Below, one piece after another: positions 40,949 to 54,438 of a stretch of 64,000 bases of DNA; within the stretch, counting starts at the first letter, position 1; each line of letters starts with the position of its first letter. Under the pieces are notes generated by a model. The model was given only the letters and a program-made list of their open reading frames with translations. It was not told the origin of the DNA and did no database searches. The stretch comes from Dictyostelium discoideum (lineage: Eukaryota). The stretch is taken from the NCBI GenBank assembly GCA_000004695.1, contig CM000153.2, forward strand, positions 928,001-992,000, in the 5' to 3' direction. The translations under genes were made by a program, and so were the position numbers.

Positions 40949-43451
40949 TTATCTTGAAGCAACACCAACACTTGAAGTGTTAATACAATTTTGACAGGTT
41001 GGAGTTTGATTTTTATTAATTGTAAAAGGTGTGTTGTGTCTAATTACAACATGACAAGTTGAACATTTGAAACATTTTGGATGATAGTTTTGACCCATTG
41101 CCAACATTGATACACCCAAAATTACACCATGACAATAAGCACATTTATCAACTCTACCACTGTGTAAACAAGTATTACAACAATAGTTACTTGAAGTTGA
41201 TGTCATTTGTTCTCTACTAAAATTATTTCCTCTAATAACTTCCTTACAAGATGAACATTTAAAACATTTATTATGATATTTCTCTTTATCAATTACAATA
41301 ATATCTATAGACATAATAATTAAAAAAAAATAAAAAAAAAATTAAATTAAATTAATATGTGTGTGTTAAATATTTAATAAAATAATAATAATATATTATA
41401 TAATTACCATCTTCTTCAGTTAAAAATTTATAACATGAACAACAGAAACCTAATGAATCTCTTTTTGGTTTTGCTAAATCATTTAAAACGATTTGACATT
41501 TTGCACAAAAGATTTTATTTGTTGATGGTTCAGTGAAATATGGATCAACTATTGATGAGAAACAATTTGAACATTTGAAACATTCTGGATGATAGGTCTC
41601 TTGTAAATGATTTATTAATGTATTACCAAATATTTCAAGTTTACATCTTTTACAATTTTTACCTGATGAAACAATTGTTGTAATTGTTTGTGTGTATACT
41701 TTTTCTTTTGGTCTTTGTGGTGGTAAACTATCAACTTTAATTTGTTGTTGTTGTTGTTGATATGGTTGATGTTGATGATGATGATGTTGATGTGAATGAT
41801 GTTGATGTGAATGATGTTGATGTGAATGATGTTGATTTTGATTTTGATTTTGATGATAATTTGGATCATCAGTAATAAATGTTTTTGAATAACTTTTAAT
41901 ACCATCTCTACCATTATTATTATGTAAATTATGACTATGGTGAGTTGAATCTTCAATTATTAAATTATTATTATTATTATTATTATTTTGAATTGATGAT
42001 TGGGGTGGTTTGTATTGTGTGGTAGTTGTTTTTGTTGTTTCTTGAACATGTTGTTGAACAATTGGTTCATCAGAATGAGAAGGATGCTGATGTTGATGCT
42101 GATGATGAGAATTTTTGATATTATGAGAAACATGATGTTGAATTGGAGAATCAATATGCTTATTTTCAATATGTTGGTGTTGAATACTAATTGGTTGAGA
42201 ATGAGTATGGTGGTGATGTTGGAGAGGTTGATGTTGGTGTTGATTATGATCAAATGAGTGAGGTTGAGAGTGAGAATGTTGATGATGATGGTGATGTGAT
42301 GGAGTAGCATTATGTGGGTGAACAACAGTTGAAAGTGAATGTTGTTGTTGTTGTTGTGGTTGCACTGTAGTTGTTGGTTGTGAGTGTGCATGTGAATGGG
42401 AGTGAGATTGGTGTGGATGAGAATGAGGGTGTTGTGGATGAGAATGAGGATGTTGTGGATGAGAATGGGAATGGGAATGAGAATGTGATTGATGTGGGTG
42501 AGAGTGTTCAAGTGGATTTGGATGAGCATGGTGATCATTTTCTTTTAATTTTGCTGTATGAATATCTTCAACAATCATTGTTCCTGATGGATTTGAAATT
42601 GATAAATCAGAACCAGCTTGAACACCTTTATCAACATATTTAACTTTTGCTTGTTCTTCTTCAGCATCATCATCATGTTCTTTTTGTTGTTGATGGTGAT
42701 GTTCTTTTTTACCAAATGTAAAATCAACATCTAAATGAAGACCACCTTTCTTTGATTTTGATTTATCATCAGGGTTTTCATTGTCATTATCAATAACAAC
42801 AGCAGCGCCACCACCACCAACTTCATGATTATGAATATGGTGACCTTGTCTATGTTTTAATTGTTTTTGTTGTTTTTTCTTTTCTTTTCTAGCTTTACGT
42901 TTTCTTTCATGGTCAGATTCATCTTCACTACTTGATGATGAATCATGTACAGAATCGTCTTCACTATCTGAAGAATCTGACGATGAATTATTATTATCAT
43001 CATTTTGATGGTCATGACCATGTAGATGGTTGTCATTATCTTTATTTGGTAAAGTTTTTGTTGTACTTGTGGTGGTTGTAGTAGTGGTTGTAGTAGTTGG
43101 TTGAGTTGATTTTCCAACATTTGGTGTTGGTTGATATTGATTTAAATCTAATTGAGATTTAGTTCTTGGTGAATTTGATCTATGATCTCCAATTACAACA
43201 GGTTCACTTGGATCAGATGATTGACTATTATTTCCATAAGCAATATTCCCTGGTTTTAAATTATTATTATTATTAGAGGAATAAATTGCAACTGATGGTT
43301 TACTTGGTTGATATGAATCATTTACTTCATTACATTTGTTAATTTTAATATCAACTTGTTCATCTAAATTTTCACCACCTCCAATATGTGGTTGCTTTTT
43401 ATTTGAATTATTTTGGTTATTTTCACCATTATTATTATTATTATAATTATA

Positions 43452-43508
<57 letters not shown>

Positions 43509-44236
43509 TTCGTTATGTTTTTTTAATTGAATTTCTTTGAATTTTTCATCATCTTGAATATTGAAAACATTTGAACCAGTGCTTACATTATTCTTTGGTA
43601 TCATTTCCATTGACGAGATAATATCATCTAAAGAGTCGCCAAAAGAATTTGATCTCTTTGCGTTGGTTGGGTTTTGACCTTTATCAGATTCAACAACAAC
43701 AAATTGATTGACCACCTCTGAAGAAGGAGATGGGGTTGCATTGTATTGAGTAGAGTTATTTGGAACACCAGTATTGGAGTTTGATTTTGATTTTGTTGAA
43801 TTGTTTCCATCATTAATTAAACTACCATGTTTTGGTTCTATTATTTGATTTTCAATTGAAGCTGAATAAACATTTACAGGAGTTTGTTTATTATCACTAT
43901 CATTACTATTATTATTATTATTACTATTGTTATTGTTATTACTATTATTATTGTTATTATTATTGTTTTTATTAGTTGAATCTAAAACAACAGGAATAGA
44001 TTGTTGATCAGCACCATTCTTTTCCATGTACATTAATTCAGGATTACCACTACCACTACCACTACCGCTACCACTGCCGCCACCACTAGAAATACCATTT
44101 GAAGATTTCAAATTGTTTTCAACACTAGTACTTTTTTTAAGATTATTTGAGCCAAAACTAGTTAATGGATTATAGTTGGGTTTTGAATTATTATTGTTGT
44201 TATTATTACTATTATTTGTAGTATTATTTAAATTAC

Positions 44237-44282
<46 letters not shown>

Positions 44283-44603
44283 TGAATTATTACTATTATT
44301 ATTATTAATGTTATTATTATTTGTTGGTTTTACACTATTATTCCAGGTTCTTGGTAAATTTGAAGCATCAACTGGTTTTGAAAATGGTTTTTTCTTTAAC
44401 ACTGGAACATTTGTTGGGTCACCTGGTCTTGGTTTTTTGTAATCCAATTCACAATATGGTAATTTATCAATTTCAAAATAGACATCTGATAAACTACAAT
44501 TGCAACTAACACAAACAAAACAATTTGGATGGTAGTGATATCCAAATACAAATATTGTTTCACCTTCAACTCTTGTGTTACACTTTCTGCAAATAAATAG
44601 CAT
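40949..44603 (-). CDS. Large multi-LIM-domain protein, about 1180 aa; join complement(40949..41304,41408..44603). It has one N-terminal LIM, long poly-N/poly-Q/Ser-rich spacers, a His-rich ([13 protein letters not shown])n block, and 3-4 C-terminal LIM domains.
   Basis: LIM signatures: [34 protein letters not shown]; [34 protein letters not shown]...CAKCQ; [11 protein letters not shown]...[47 protein letters not shown]. Intron is GAT G|GTAATT...TCTATAG|AT (phase 1). Confidence 0.75.
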
Positions 44604-44738
44604 TTTTTTATTTTTGGAAATATTTTTTTTTATTTTATTTTATTTTTTATTTTATTTATTTTTTTTTTTCCAGATATTAAATTGTGTGTAGAAAAAAAAT
44701 AAAAATAAAAATTTTAAAAATAAAAAAAAGGTGGTATG

Positions 44739-44787
<49 letters not shown>

Positions 44788-45618
44788 ATTTAATGTAATG
44801 ATTAATTTTATTTATATAATTTTGATTATGATTATTAAACACTAAAAACAAAGAAAACAGTAGTGGAAAAATAATTTTAAAATTATAATAATAAAAAAAA
44901 AAAAATTAGAAAATAAAAAAAAAAAAAAAAATTTATATGTTAAGATGGATACAAGAATGTGAATTTTTTTTTTTTTTAATTATATTATTATTTTTTTTTT
45001 TTTTTTTTTTTTTTTTTATGAGTGTTCAAATTTATTATTATAAAAAAATAATAATTATATTTTTTTTATTAAAAAAAAATATGTATTAAATCATTTTGAT
45101 ATATATAACACCCAGCAAAAAACAACCAACCACCAACAAACACAAAATCGCCACTCTTGAAAAAAAAAAAAATTTTAAAAATAGATACACATATAAATAC
45201 ATTCAATAAAAAAAAAAAAAAAAAAAAAAACCAAAAATTTACAAATAAAAAAAAAACATATTAACACACACACACTTACTTAAAAAGGTATTTAATATTT
45301 TTTTCCTTTCAAACATTACAATACTGCGAGATTTAGGAAGATTAAAATTTCTTAAAAGTAATAATAATAATAATAAAAATAATAATGATAATAATTAAAA
45401 TGATAATAATTATAATAATAATAATATAATAATGCTCACAGTGGTAATTCAACATTGTTGGAAAAAAAAAAAAAAAAATTTAAAATTAGAAAACAGATTT
45501 AAAAGGGTCAAATCTATTTTTAAATGTTTATCAGTTATAAGAAAAGAAAATAAATATTCATTATTTTTAATTTTATTTATATATTTTTTTTTTTTTATTT
45601 ACAATGTTAAATTCTCTC

Positions 45619-45730
<112 letters not shown>

Positions 45731-45797
45731 TTTTTTAATAATATTATTAATCATAAATTAAATATTATTATTTTTCTATTTTTTTTTTTTTTTTTTT

Positions 45798-46264
45798 TTA
45801 ATTAGTAGTTTTTAATTTCTTTTTTGGATCAGTTGGAACTTCAAAATCAGAAGAATCTTCAGATGATGCTCTTTGTTCTTCAATTTCTTGATCTTGATCT
45901 TTTTGAATTTGATCTTTTATGATTTTCTTTTGTCTTTGTAATTCTTCTCTTCTATCTTCTTCATAATCACTTTCTTCACTATCAGGTTCACTCTCTTCAC
46001 TTTCACTTTCTTTTGAAGATTTTCTTCTTCTTTTCTTTGGTGTAGTTTTTTTAGTTGGAGAAACAAATTTTAATTGTTGTTTTATTTTCTTACCACCTGA
46101 AGTTTTTCCAGAAGGTTCAAGATTTTGAATAGTTTGAAATTCAATAGTATTATTAATTTTATTAATTAAATCAATATGTTGGAAGTCATCACTAAATATT
46201 ATTCTTTTTTTAATACTGTTTTTTTTAAATAGAAAATAAAATAAAATAAAATTAGTAATTAATT

Positions 46265-46336
<72 letters not shown>

Positions 46337-47231
46337 CATACAATTCAATTGAAGATTTTTCAGAAAGTTTTGAACCTAAGAAATCCAAGATTTCTAATAA
46401 TTCTTCTAATTTTTCAGCTTGTGGATTCTTTAAAGCATAATTTAAAAAGTGTTCAATTACACCTCTGAGAGTATCAGGATGTTTAATAAAGTCAGTTACT
46501 AACCATTGACAAAGGGAACGGAATCTTGAAAACATATGATGTTGGAAATCGGCATTTGAAGCGACATCCTCTTTAAGGCAAGTTGATTGGAATGAATTGA
46601 TAAGATCAATGACAACTTCCATTTCAAATTTACCAGACTGAATTGGATATTTTCTAAAGAAATCTCTAATGATATCTACTGCTCTCTTTGAAGATGATAA
46701 TGCAATCTGTTTCAATAATGATCTAAACAATTGAGTTGATTGTGTTACAAATGAATATTTAATACAATTACAAATGGTAGTAACTAATTCTACTGCTCTT
46801 TCACCAAATTGTTGATCTGGTATAAAGTCATTCAATAATTGAAGATCATCTTCTTTGATTTTTTGTTGTTGTTGTTGATTTGTATCAGTTTCATGATCAG
46901 AAGTTTCCTTTTCAGAGTGTGATGTTACCTCTTCTTCAGAAGTTGCACCAGCACCAGTTGATTTTTTACTACCACCACTCTTTCTCTTTGATTTATTAAT
47001 TCCTGCCAACTTCTTTTTCTCTAAACTAATTTGTTGATTCTTTATAAATTCTACCTTTAAATATGTCAATGAATATTCATTTTCTTGTGAAAATAATGAT
47101 GAAATATTTTTAAGTAATAAATTTTCTGATGGTAAACTAATATCATATACTGTCATATTTGTTAAATTTAAAACTGGTGAAAATAATGAACGTGTTTCAA
47201 TAAAAGTTGTAAACATCTATATAAAAATATA

Positions 47232-47262
<31 letters not shown>

Positions 47263-50136
47263 TATTAGTAAATTTTTTTTTTTATTTTCCTTTTTAATAA
47301 TGATAATAATAAAAACTTACAAAATGTCTTAATCTATGAGTAATTTCATCATTTTTTAAAGTTGAAATAACTCTTGAAGATAAAAGATAAAACATTTGAA
47401 GAATATTAACATTCATTGGATCGATTTGATAGAATTTTGAAGGAATTGCAGAAAATAATGACCACATTAATAATTGAGAGTATATACTTGTTGAATGAAT
47501 GATAATTGTATCTGAATCATCAATGGTTTGAATTGGAATACCATTAACACTACCATCTGTAAATTTAAAAATCATACTTGCAAACTTTTCATCTGAAAAA
47601 TTAAACTGTTTACATAAACTTTCCAATTTATATAATGTACTAATTACTGGGAAAACTTGACTTTCTTCTTCATTATTATTATTATTATTATTATTATTGC
47701 TGTTGTTTGTTGTATCTGATTGTGATGATGAAGAATGTTGTTGTTGTTGTTGATCTTGACTATTTGCTATTGAATCTTGAGATTGTTGTGATGATTGTTG
47801 TTGTTGTTGTTGTTGTGGTGGTTGTTGAGTAATTTTTGTTAAACGAAGTGTATCAATTAATTCAGTGAATAAATTATGAAGTGCAGCTTTTGATGCAGTT
47901 TCTAATTGTGATGGAGTTTTACCATTATTTAATAAATTTTCCAATGTGACTGATATGGTATCGATAAGTTGGGTTTTTGGTTGAGAAGTGAATATATCGC
48001 TAATTGCCTCCAATAATGCTGTATATTTTGATTGTAATCTAAGGGTTACATAGCAATCTAAAACAAAGTAACGAGCAATTTCAATTAAACTTTGACAAAC
48101 AATTGTATTTGCACGATATAATACAAGTAACTCTGGTAAGATAATAATAAATTGTCCTGTAATTTCACGACACATACTCTCATTAATTGAATCTGATTTT
48201 TCATCATCTTCATCTTGATTTTGTTCATTAGTTTCATCATCATCATCATCGTTATCTTCATCCTCTTCATTTTGTTGCTTAGATTTTGATTGTGATTTTT
48301 GTTTTTGTTTAGGAGCAGCAGTAGTAGCAGATTTTCTACCTCTTCTTTTTGTGACTGGAGCTTGTTGAGTTGTTGTAACCTCCATTTCACCATCTGTATT
48401 AATTGTCATTGGAGCTGCTGTTGTTGTTGAAATTGTTGCTGAAGAATGTTCAGCACGGTATTGAGCTAAATGATGTAATTGAGGTGGAGTGAATATATTT
48501 ACTTTATCATTAACAGCGATTCTAATGGAAGCACTTAAAAATTTACAAATCATACCCATTTGCTTATCATTGATATTTTTACTTTCAATAGATTCTAAAT
48601 AATCCACCCAAAATGGCCAATCAATAAAGAATGATTTACCATTGGTTGACCAAAGTGATTGAACCAAATAATAAGGTTCATCAGGTATAACTGTTTTATC
48701 TAAAAATTCCAATAGTGCATTCAATTGAGTTTCACGATGATGATAAATTTGTGAGCTAATTTGTTGTTGTTGTTGTTCATCTAAATCTGCAGATGTGAGA
48801 TTAGTAGTTTTTGATTTCTTTCTAGCATGCTGACCTGACGTGGTGGAAGCGGCTGAAGTTGAATTTATAATATTTGACAAAGTTGTATCGATTTTAGTTT
48901 GAGTGGATAAAAGATACTTTGAAAATATTAAACCACCAGCTGCTTTGGATATCTCTGGTTGATCAACTAGATAGAGTGTACATATCTTTTGAACATCCGA
49001 TTCATCCAATAGATCCAAAGTAGACATTATACTAACCAAACGAATTGCCTCAACAGCAATGGATGGAGTTTTATCAGAGAATGCAATCTCCACAATTCTA
49101 TGTTTAAAACATTGAGTGAACGGATCCAATTGATTGATGTAATTCTCGTTGGAATATAAAATACAAAGACCACTAATTGCCGCTTGACGAGGCTCATTCG
49201 AATGGTCACCCAATAGCCAGCCAATGAATTTCAAATTTTGATGATTCAACAATTGAATTGGGTATTCCAATATCCAATTGCAATAGGGTATAACGCAAAG
49301 GGCCCTCATCTCTGGCAGACTGTCTTTGAAACGTGATGAAAACACCCCAGTGAACAATCTCACGATCAATATGGATTCCATCGATTTCAATCTATTAGAT
49401 GTCTGTAATTGATTATCCTTGAGTTGTTTCTGACGTGAGCTATTCTTTGTCTCACCCGCCAATTGTCTAGTGGTAACATTTAAATCCTTTCTCAAATCAT
49501 TGCAAATCGATATCAACGATGACGTAATTTGAATGGCAGCCTGAGTTGCAACATGACGAATACCACGCTTTGCTGCGAACGACAACTCATGCAACCATAG
49601 GGCAACCATGTCCAATAGGTAGTTGTCAAATATTATGGACTTTTTGCATTTCTCTACTAACTCACTCCAAAATTGATTGAAATTCTCTATCAATATCTTT
49701 GATCTCTTATTACCCAATGGATAATGTTGTGAATCACTTTGTTCAACAATTGATGTTGCAGCAACTCCAATATCTAAATCTTTAAAATCTTTAAATGTTA
49801 TATTTGTATCTGCACCACCACATTCAAATAAAAATACTAATAATTCCCAAACTGCTTTTTCTGGATCTTGATCTGTATATCTATCAATCCAATCATCTAA
49901 AACTCTTTGTAAATTACATTTCTTTTTTATTGATTCTATAAAGAAAAATAATAATTATAAAATTAATTAATTAATGAATGAATAATCTTTTTTTTTTTTT
50001 TTTAAAAAAAAAAAAAATACTAACCAAATAAATCTGACTGTTTTTTCTTTCCTTTTGAAACTGGTTTTTTCTTTATTATTGGTGTTGTATTTTCTTCTGT
50101 ATTTTCTGAATTCCTTGATTTTGACGATTTTGCCAT
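45798..50136 (-). CDS. Cohesin subunit SA/SCC3 (STAG) orthologue, about 1340 aa; join complement(45798..46215,46342..47216,47321..49935,50025..50136).
   Basis: Stromalin conservative domain: FKDSLPEMRALCVIPYCNWILEYPIQLLNHQNLKFIGWLLGDHSNEPRQAAISGLCILY. The N-terminal region VLDDWIDRYTDQDPEKAVWELLVFLFECGG matches human STAG2 [29 protein letters not shown]. Exon 1 is MAKSSKSRNSEN...DLF with donor G|GTTAGT. Exon 3/4 junction is TT|GTATGT...ACAG|T. The tail is acidic and Ser-rich. Confidence 0.75.
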
Positions 50137-50426
50137 TTTTTATATATATATAATTTTATATTTTTTATTATTTAAAATAAAAATAAAATTTATGAAAAAA
50201 AAATAAAAAAATAAAAAATATTGTTTGTTAATTTTTTTTAAAAAAAAAAAAAAAAAAATTTAAAAAAAAGGCGCAAAAAAAAAAAAAAAAAATTCTTGTA
50301 AAAAATAAAATTAGACGCAAAAAAAAAAAAATATTCTGGGTTTCATTTCCATTAAAAAACAATAAAAAATAAAGAAATAAATAAATAAATAAAATACCGC
50401 AAAAAAAAAAAAAAACTTAATTCCTT

Positions 50427-50466
<40 letters not shown>

Positions 50467-50467
50467 T

Positions 50468-50910
50468 TTATTTCCATCTAAAAACTAATTTCTTTTCTCT
50501 TTTTAAAGAATCGATATTTTCTGATAAAATTTCATAAATATCATCTTCATCTTCTTCATCATCTTCATTATTTTCTTGTTCATTTTTAGATAATTCTTTT
50601 TCTTCTTGTTGTTTTTGTTTTTCTTGTTCATTAGCTAATTGAATCTCATCTTTTTCTTCATTACCTGTTAATTCTAATAATTTTAAAGAGGTAGAATCAC
50701 AATTTTCAAGTAAAAGCTTTGAGATTTCAAAAATGTCTAAAAATTTCATACCAACATTATTTAATGATAAACATTTCAATTGAGTGATTTTATTTGATTT
50801 TATCCAATCGACAATGATTTCTTTAGTTTCACGACCAAATATATTAAAACTAACATCTAAATATTCAATAAAATGTAATGGTTTACTACTATTATTATTA
50901 TTACTATTAC

Positions 50911-50949
<39 letters not shown>

Positions 50950-52033
50950 CAATAACTACTAAACTTTTTAAAGCAATTAATGATTCTATACTAAGTTTAT
51001 TATATGCAACATCCAATAGATTTAAATTTGATAAAATTCCCATAGAAATTGCATTCATAATTGATTTTACACCTTGATCACCAATAAAACAACCACGTAA
51101 TGATAAATGTTTAATATTATTTGAATATGATGACGATGATGATAATGATAAATTTAACCAAGAACTTGTTAAAGATGACCCCATTAATGAATTACCAGTT
51201 GCAGTGAATGAAGTACCTCTCCAATTTAATAATGATTCACCAAATGTTTTACATGATTTTTCATTTAATTCACAATCATTCAATTCAATCTCTTTTAAAC
51301 TATTTGATTCCAATAATAATTTTGAAAGATGTTTACCAACAGAATCAGTGTCACTATCTTGATCACTCTCTTTCAATGGATTTGCACTTAATACTAACTT
51401 TTTCAATTTCTTTCCATTATCAACTATAGATTGTATGAATGAATCTGTGAATTTTGTAATTTGATTACCACCAATATTTAAAAATTCTATATTTTCATTT
51501 GATTTAATTATACCCTCTAAATATAATAACGATTCTGAATCTAATTGATTCTCTCCAAAATTTAAATAACTAATTTGATTTTCACTTTTATTATCATTAT
51601 CATTATCATTATTATCATTTTTAAATATATCATTAATAATTGATAAACTTTTACTATTTATTGATTGTTTTGAAAAGTCAATATTTCTTAAAGTTTTTGA
51701 TTTTAGTACATTGGTTAAGAGTGATTGTAATCCAATTAAATTTAAACCAATTTCTGAATTACCAATTGAAATAGTTTTCAAATTTGGATGATTTCTAATA
51801 CTTTTACCAATTTCAATTAATCCTTGTTCTCCTAATTCATGTCCATGCATATATAATTCTGTTAATGAAGTATTCATTGATAATCCTTGTGAGAATTCCA
51901 TAACATTATTTTCACTGATTGGAATAAATGTTGGTATTAAAAATAATGATTCTGTACTATTCTCTTTTAATTGTTTAATTGTATTATTAAATAATGATGA
52001 TCCATTATTACTATTAACTTGTCCCCAAACCAT
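50468..52033 (-). CDS. Leucine-rich-repeat (ribonuclease-inhibitor-like LRR) protein, 521 aa, with poly-N insert and acidic C-terminus.
   Basis: About 28-residue repeats LxxLxLxxNxIg..g (LTELYMHGHELGEQGLIEIGKSI..., LKTISIGNSEIGLNLIGLQSL..., LEFLNIGGNQIT...). Single ORF. Confidence 0.7.
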
Positions 52034-52286
52034 GATTTTTTTTTTTTTAGATTATATTATATTATGATTTATTTCTTTTTGTGTGTTTGTGGGTGTGAAG
52101 GGTGAAAAAAAAAAAAAAAAAAAAATTTTAAAAAAACTAAAAATAAAAAATAAAAAATAAAAAAAAAAAATAAAATAAAAAAAAAAAAAAATCGAAAAAA
52201 AAAAAAAAAATAAAAAAAAAGGAAAAAAAAAAAAAAAAAAAACGATTATCTCATTTTGACCCAATTACAAATAAACAAATAAAAAA

Positions 52287-53275
52287 ATGAAAATTAAAAG
52301 ACAAAAATTATATAAAAAAACAATTCAATTTTATAAAGCAAATTATTCATATAAAGAGCCTTTCTCTGTTTTAAGTAAGAATTTATTTATTTTTTTATTA
52401 TTATTTAATTTATTATGAAAACCATATATACTAATAATTATATTTACCTTTACAGTGGACCCAGGTTTCATTAAAAAATGTCTAAATATGAATATTTTCT
52501 TTAAAGAAGCGTTACCAAAAATATTAGAATCAAAAGTTAGTTTTTGTATGTATTTTTATTTTTAATAATGCCAAGAAGGGGTTTCCAAAGTTGGCTAAAA
52601 AAAAAAAAAAAAAAAAAAATTTACCAAAAAAAAAAAAAAAAAAAAAAATTTAAAAAAAAAAAAAATTAAAAATTCAATACACATATTTTTATATATATAT
52701 AAATATATATAAATTATGTATATAATATATAGTTATAACACCATGTTGTATTGCAGAAATGAAAAGAAAACCAAGAGAATATTCAAATGATTTAATATCA
52801 ACATGTAAAAGAATTGAATATTTTCAATGTGACCATAAACATTCAGCAGATGAACAAAATATGGTTCAAAAATGTTTTGAAGATATTAGTATTAAACAAT
52901 CAAATACATTCTTTTTCGCAGTTCAAGATCATGATCATAGATTATTATTAAGAAAGAATCCTGGTATTCCAATTTTATTCGTTTTAACCAATTTAATCAT
53001 TTTAGAGAAACCTACAACTTCTTCATATCAAACAATGATTAAAACTCATAAAGCAATCACTCAAATTAATCCAAGAGAAAAACAAATGTTATTAAAATTA
53101 AAACATGGTGATAATTATAATCCTGAAATTCATAATACAAAATCTAAACAACAACCATCATCATCACAAAAACAAACTACCACTACCACCACCACATCCT
53201 CAAAACAAATACCAACTAAACAAACCAAATCTACAACTACACCAAAACAAAAACAACAACAAATACCACAAACAG

Positions 53276-53317
<42 letters not shown>

Positions 53318-53874
53318 CTACTTCTACAGCAACATCAAGTATTGAACCAAAGGAAGAGGAATCTAAGAAAATTGAACAACCAAAAGAAAAAAATAATAAA
53401 AAAGATAAAGAAGAAATCAAAAGTGAAGAAAAGATTGTTGAAAAACCAAATTTAAAGAGAAAATTAGATAGTTTCGATAATGATAAACCAATTTCTGCAA
53501 ATGTAGAAGCAACAACAGCAACACCAGTTACAACAACAACAACACCAGTTACAACAACAAATGAAAATGGTAATAGTGATAATAGCAAGAATACAAAACA
53601 AACAAAAAAATCAAAGAAAGATGAGAAATTAACACCAGAGGAGATTGCATTAAAAAAAGAAAGACTAGAATTAACTGCAGAGGAAAAAGCTAAAAAGAAA
53701 CAAAAATGGGTTGAAGAGAGAAAGAAATTGAGGGAAAAGAAATTAAAGAAAAAAGAAGCAATTAAAAAAGCAATGGAAATTAGGAAAAAGAGAATTGAAA
53801 GTGGTGATACTCATAAAAGAACCAGAAGAAAGAGAAGTAAAACTCTTAAAGTAAAAAAAACTCAAGAAAAATAA
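52287..53874 (+). CDS. rRNA-processing protein UTP23 homologue (PIN-like N-terminus, lysine-rich C-terminus); join(52287..52374,52456..52545,52733..53874).
   Basis: Exon 1 MKIKRQKLYKKTIQFYKANYSYKEPFSVL matches human UTP23 MKIKRQKQAKKTLSFYKYNFGFREPYQVL. Exon 2 is MDPGFIKKCLNMNIFFKEALPKILESKVSF. Exon 3 is FITPCCIAEM..FFFAVQDHDHRLLLRKNPGIPILFV, matching YFVATQDQNLSVKVKKKPGVPLMFI. Donors are A|GTAAGA and T|GTATGT. The exon 2/3 junction is the least certain. Confidence 0.65.
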
Positions 53875-54028
53875 AAATAACAACATTAATAACAATCAAG
53901 CAATTCTAAAAATAAATAATTTATTTAGTATAAAAATCATAATTTTCTAAAAAAAGAAAAAAAAAAAATTTATTTTAATTTTATTTTTTTTTTTTTTTAA
54001 TTTTTATTTTTATTTTTTTTTTTTATTT

Positions 54029-54070
<42 letters not shown>

Positions 54071-54438
54071 AAAAAAAAAAAAAAACCAACTCTAAAAAGT
54101 TTTTGTGGTATTTTCATAAACAAAAAAAAAAAAAAAAGTATATATACACATATTAATAATAAATATCAAATTACAAAAACAATTATTAAGTAATTATTAT
54201 TATTATGACAACAAATGATTTGGATGTTGATGCGTTATTAGAAGAGTCTATTAATAGAGTATTTATTAATTAAAAATAAAATTAAAAATAAAAATATATA
54301 CATATAAATATAAACATAAATATAAATATATTAATATAAATATAAATATAAATATAAGTATAAGTATAAATAAAAATATTAATATAAATTTTCTTTTTTT
54401 TTAAATTTTTTTTTATTTTTTTTTATTTAAAATAGGAA

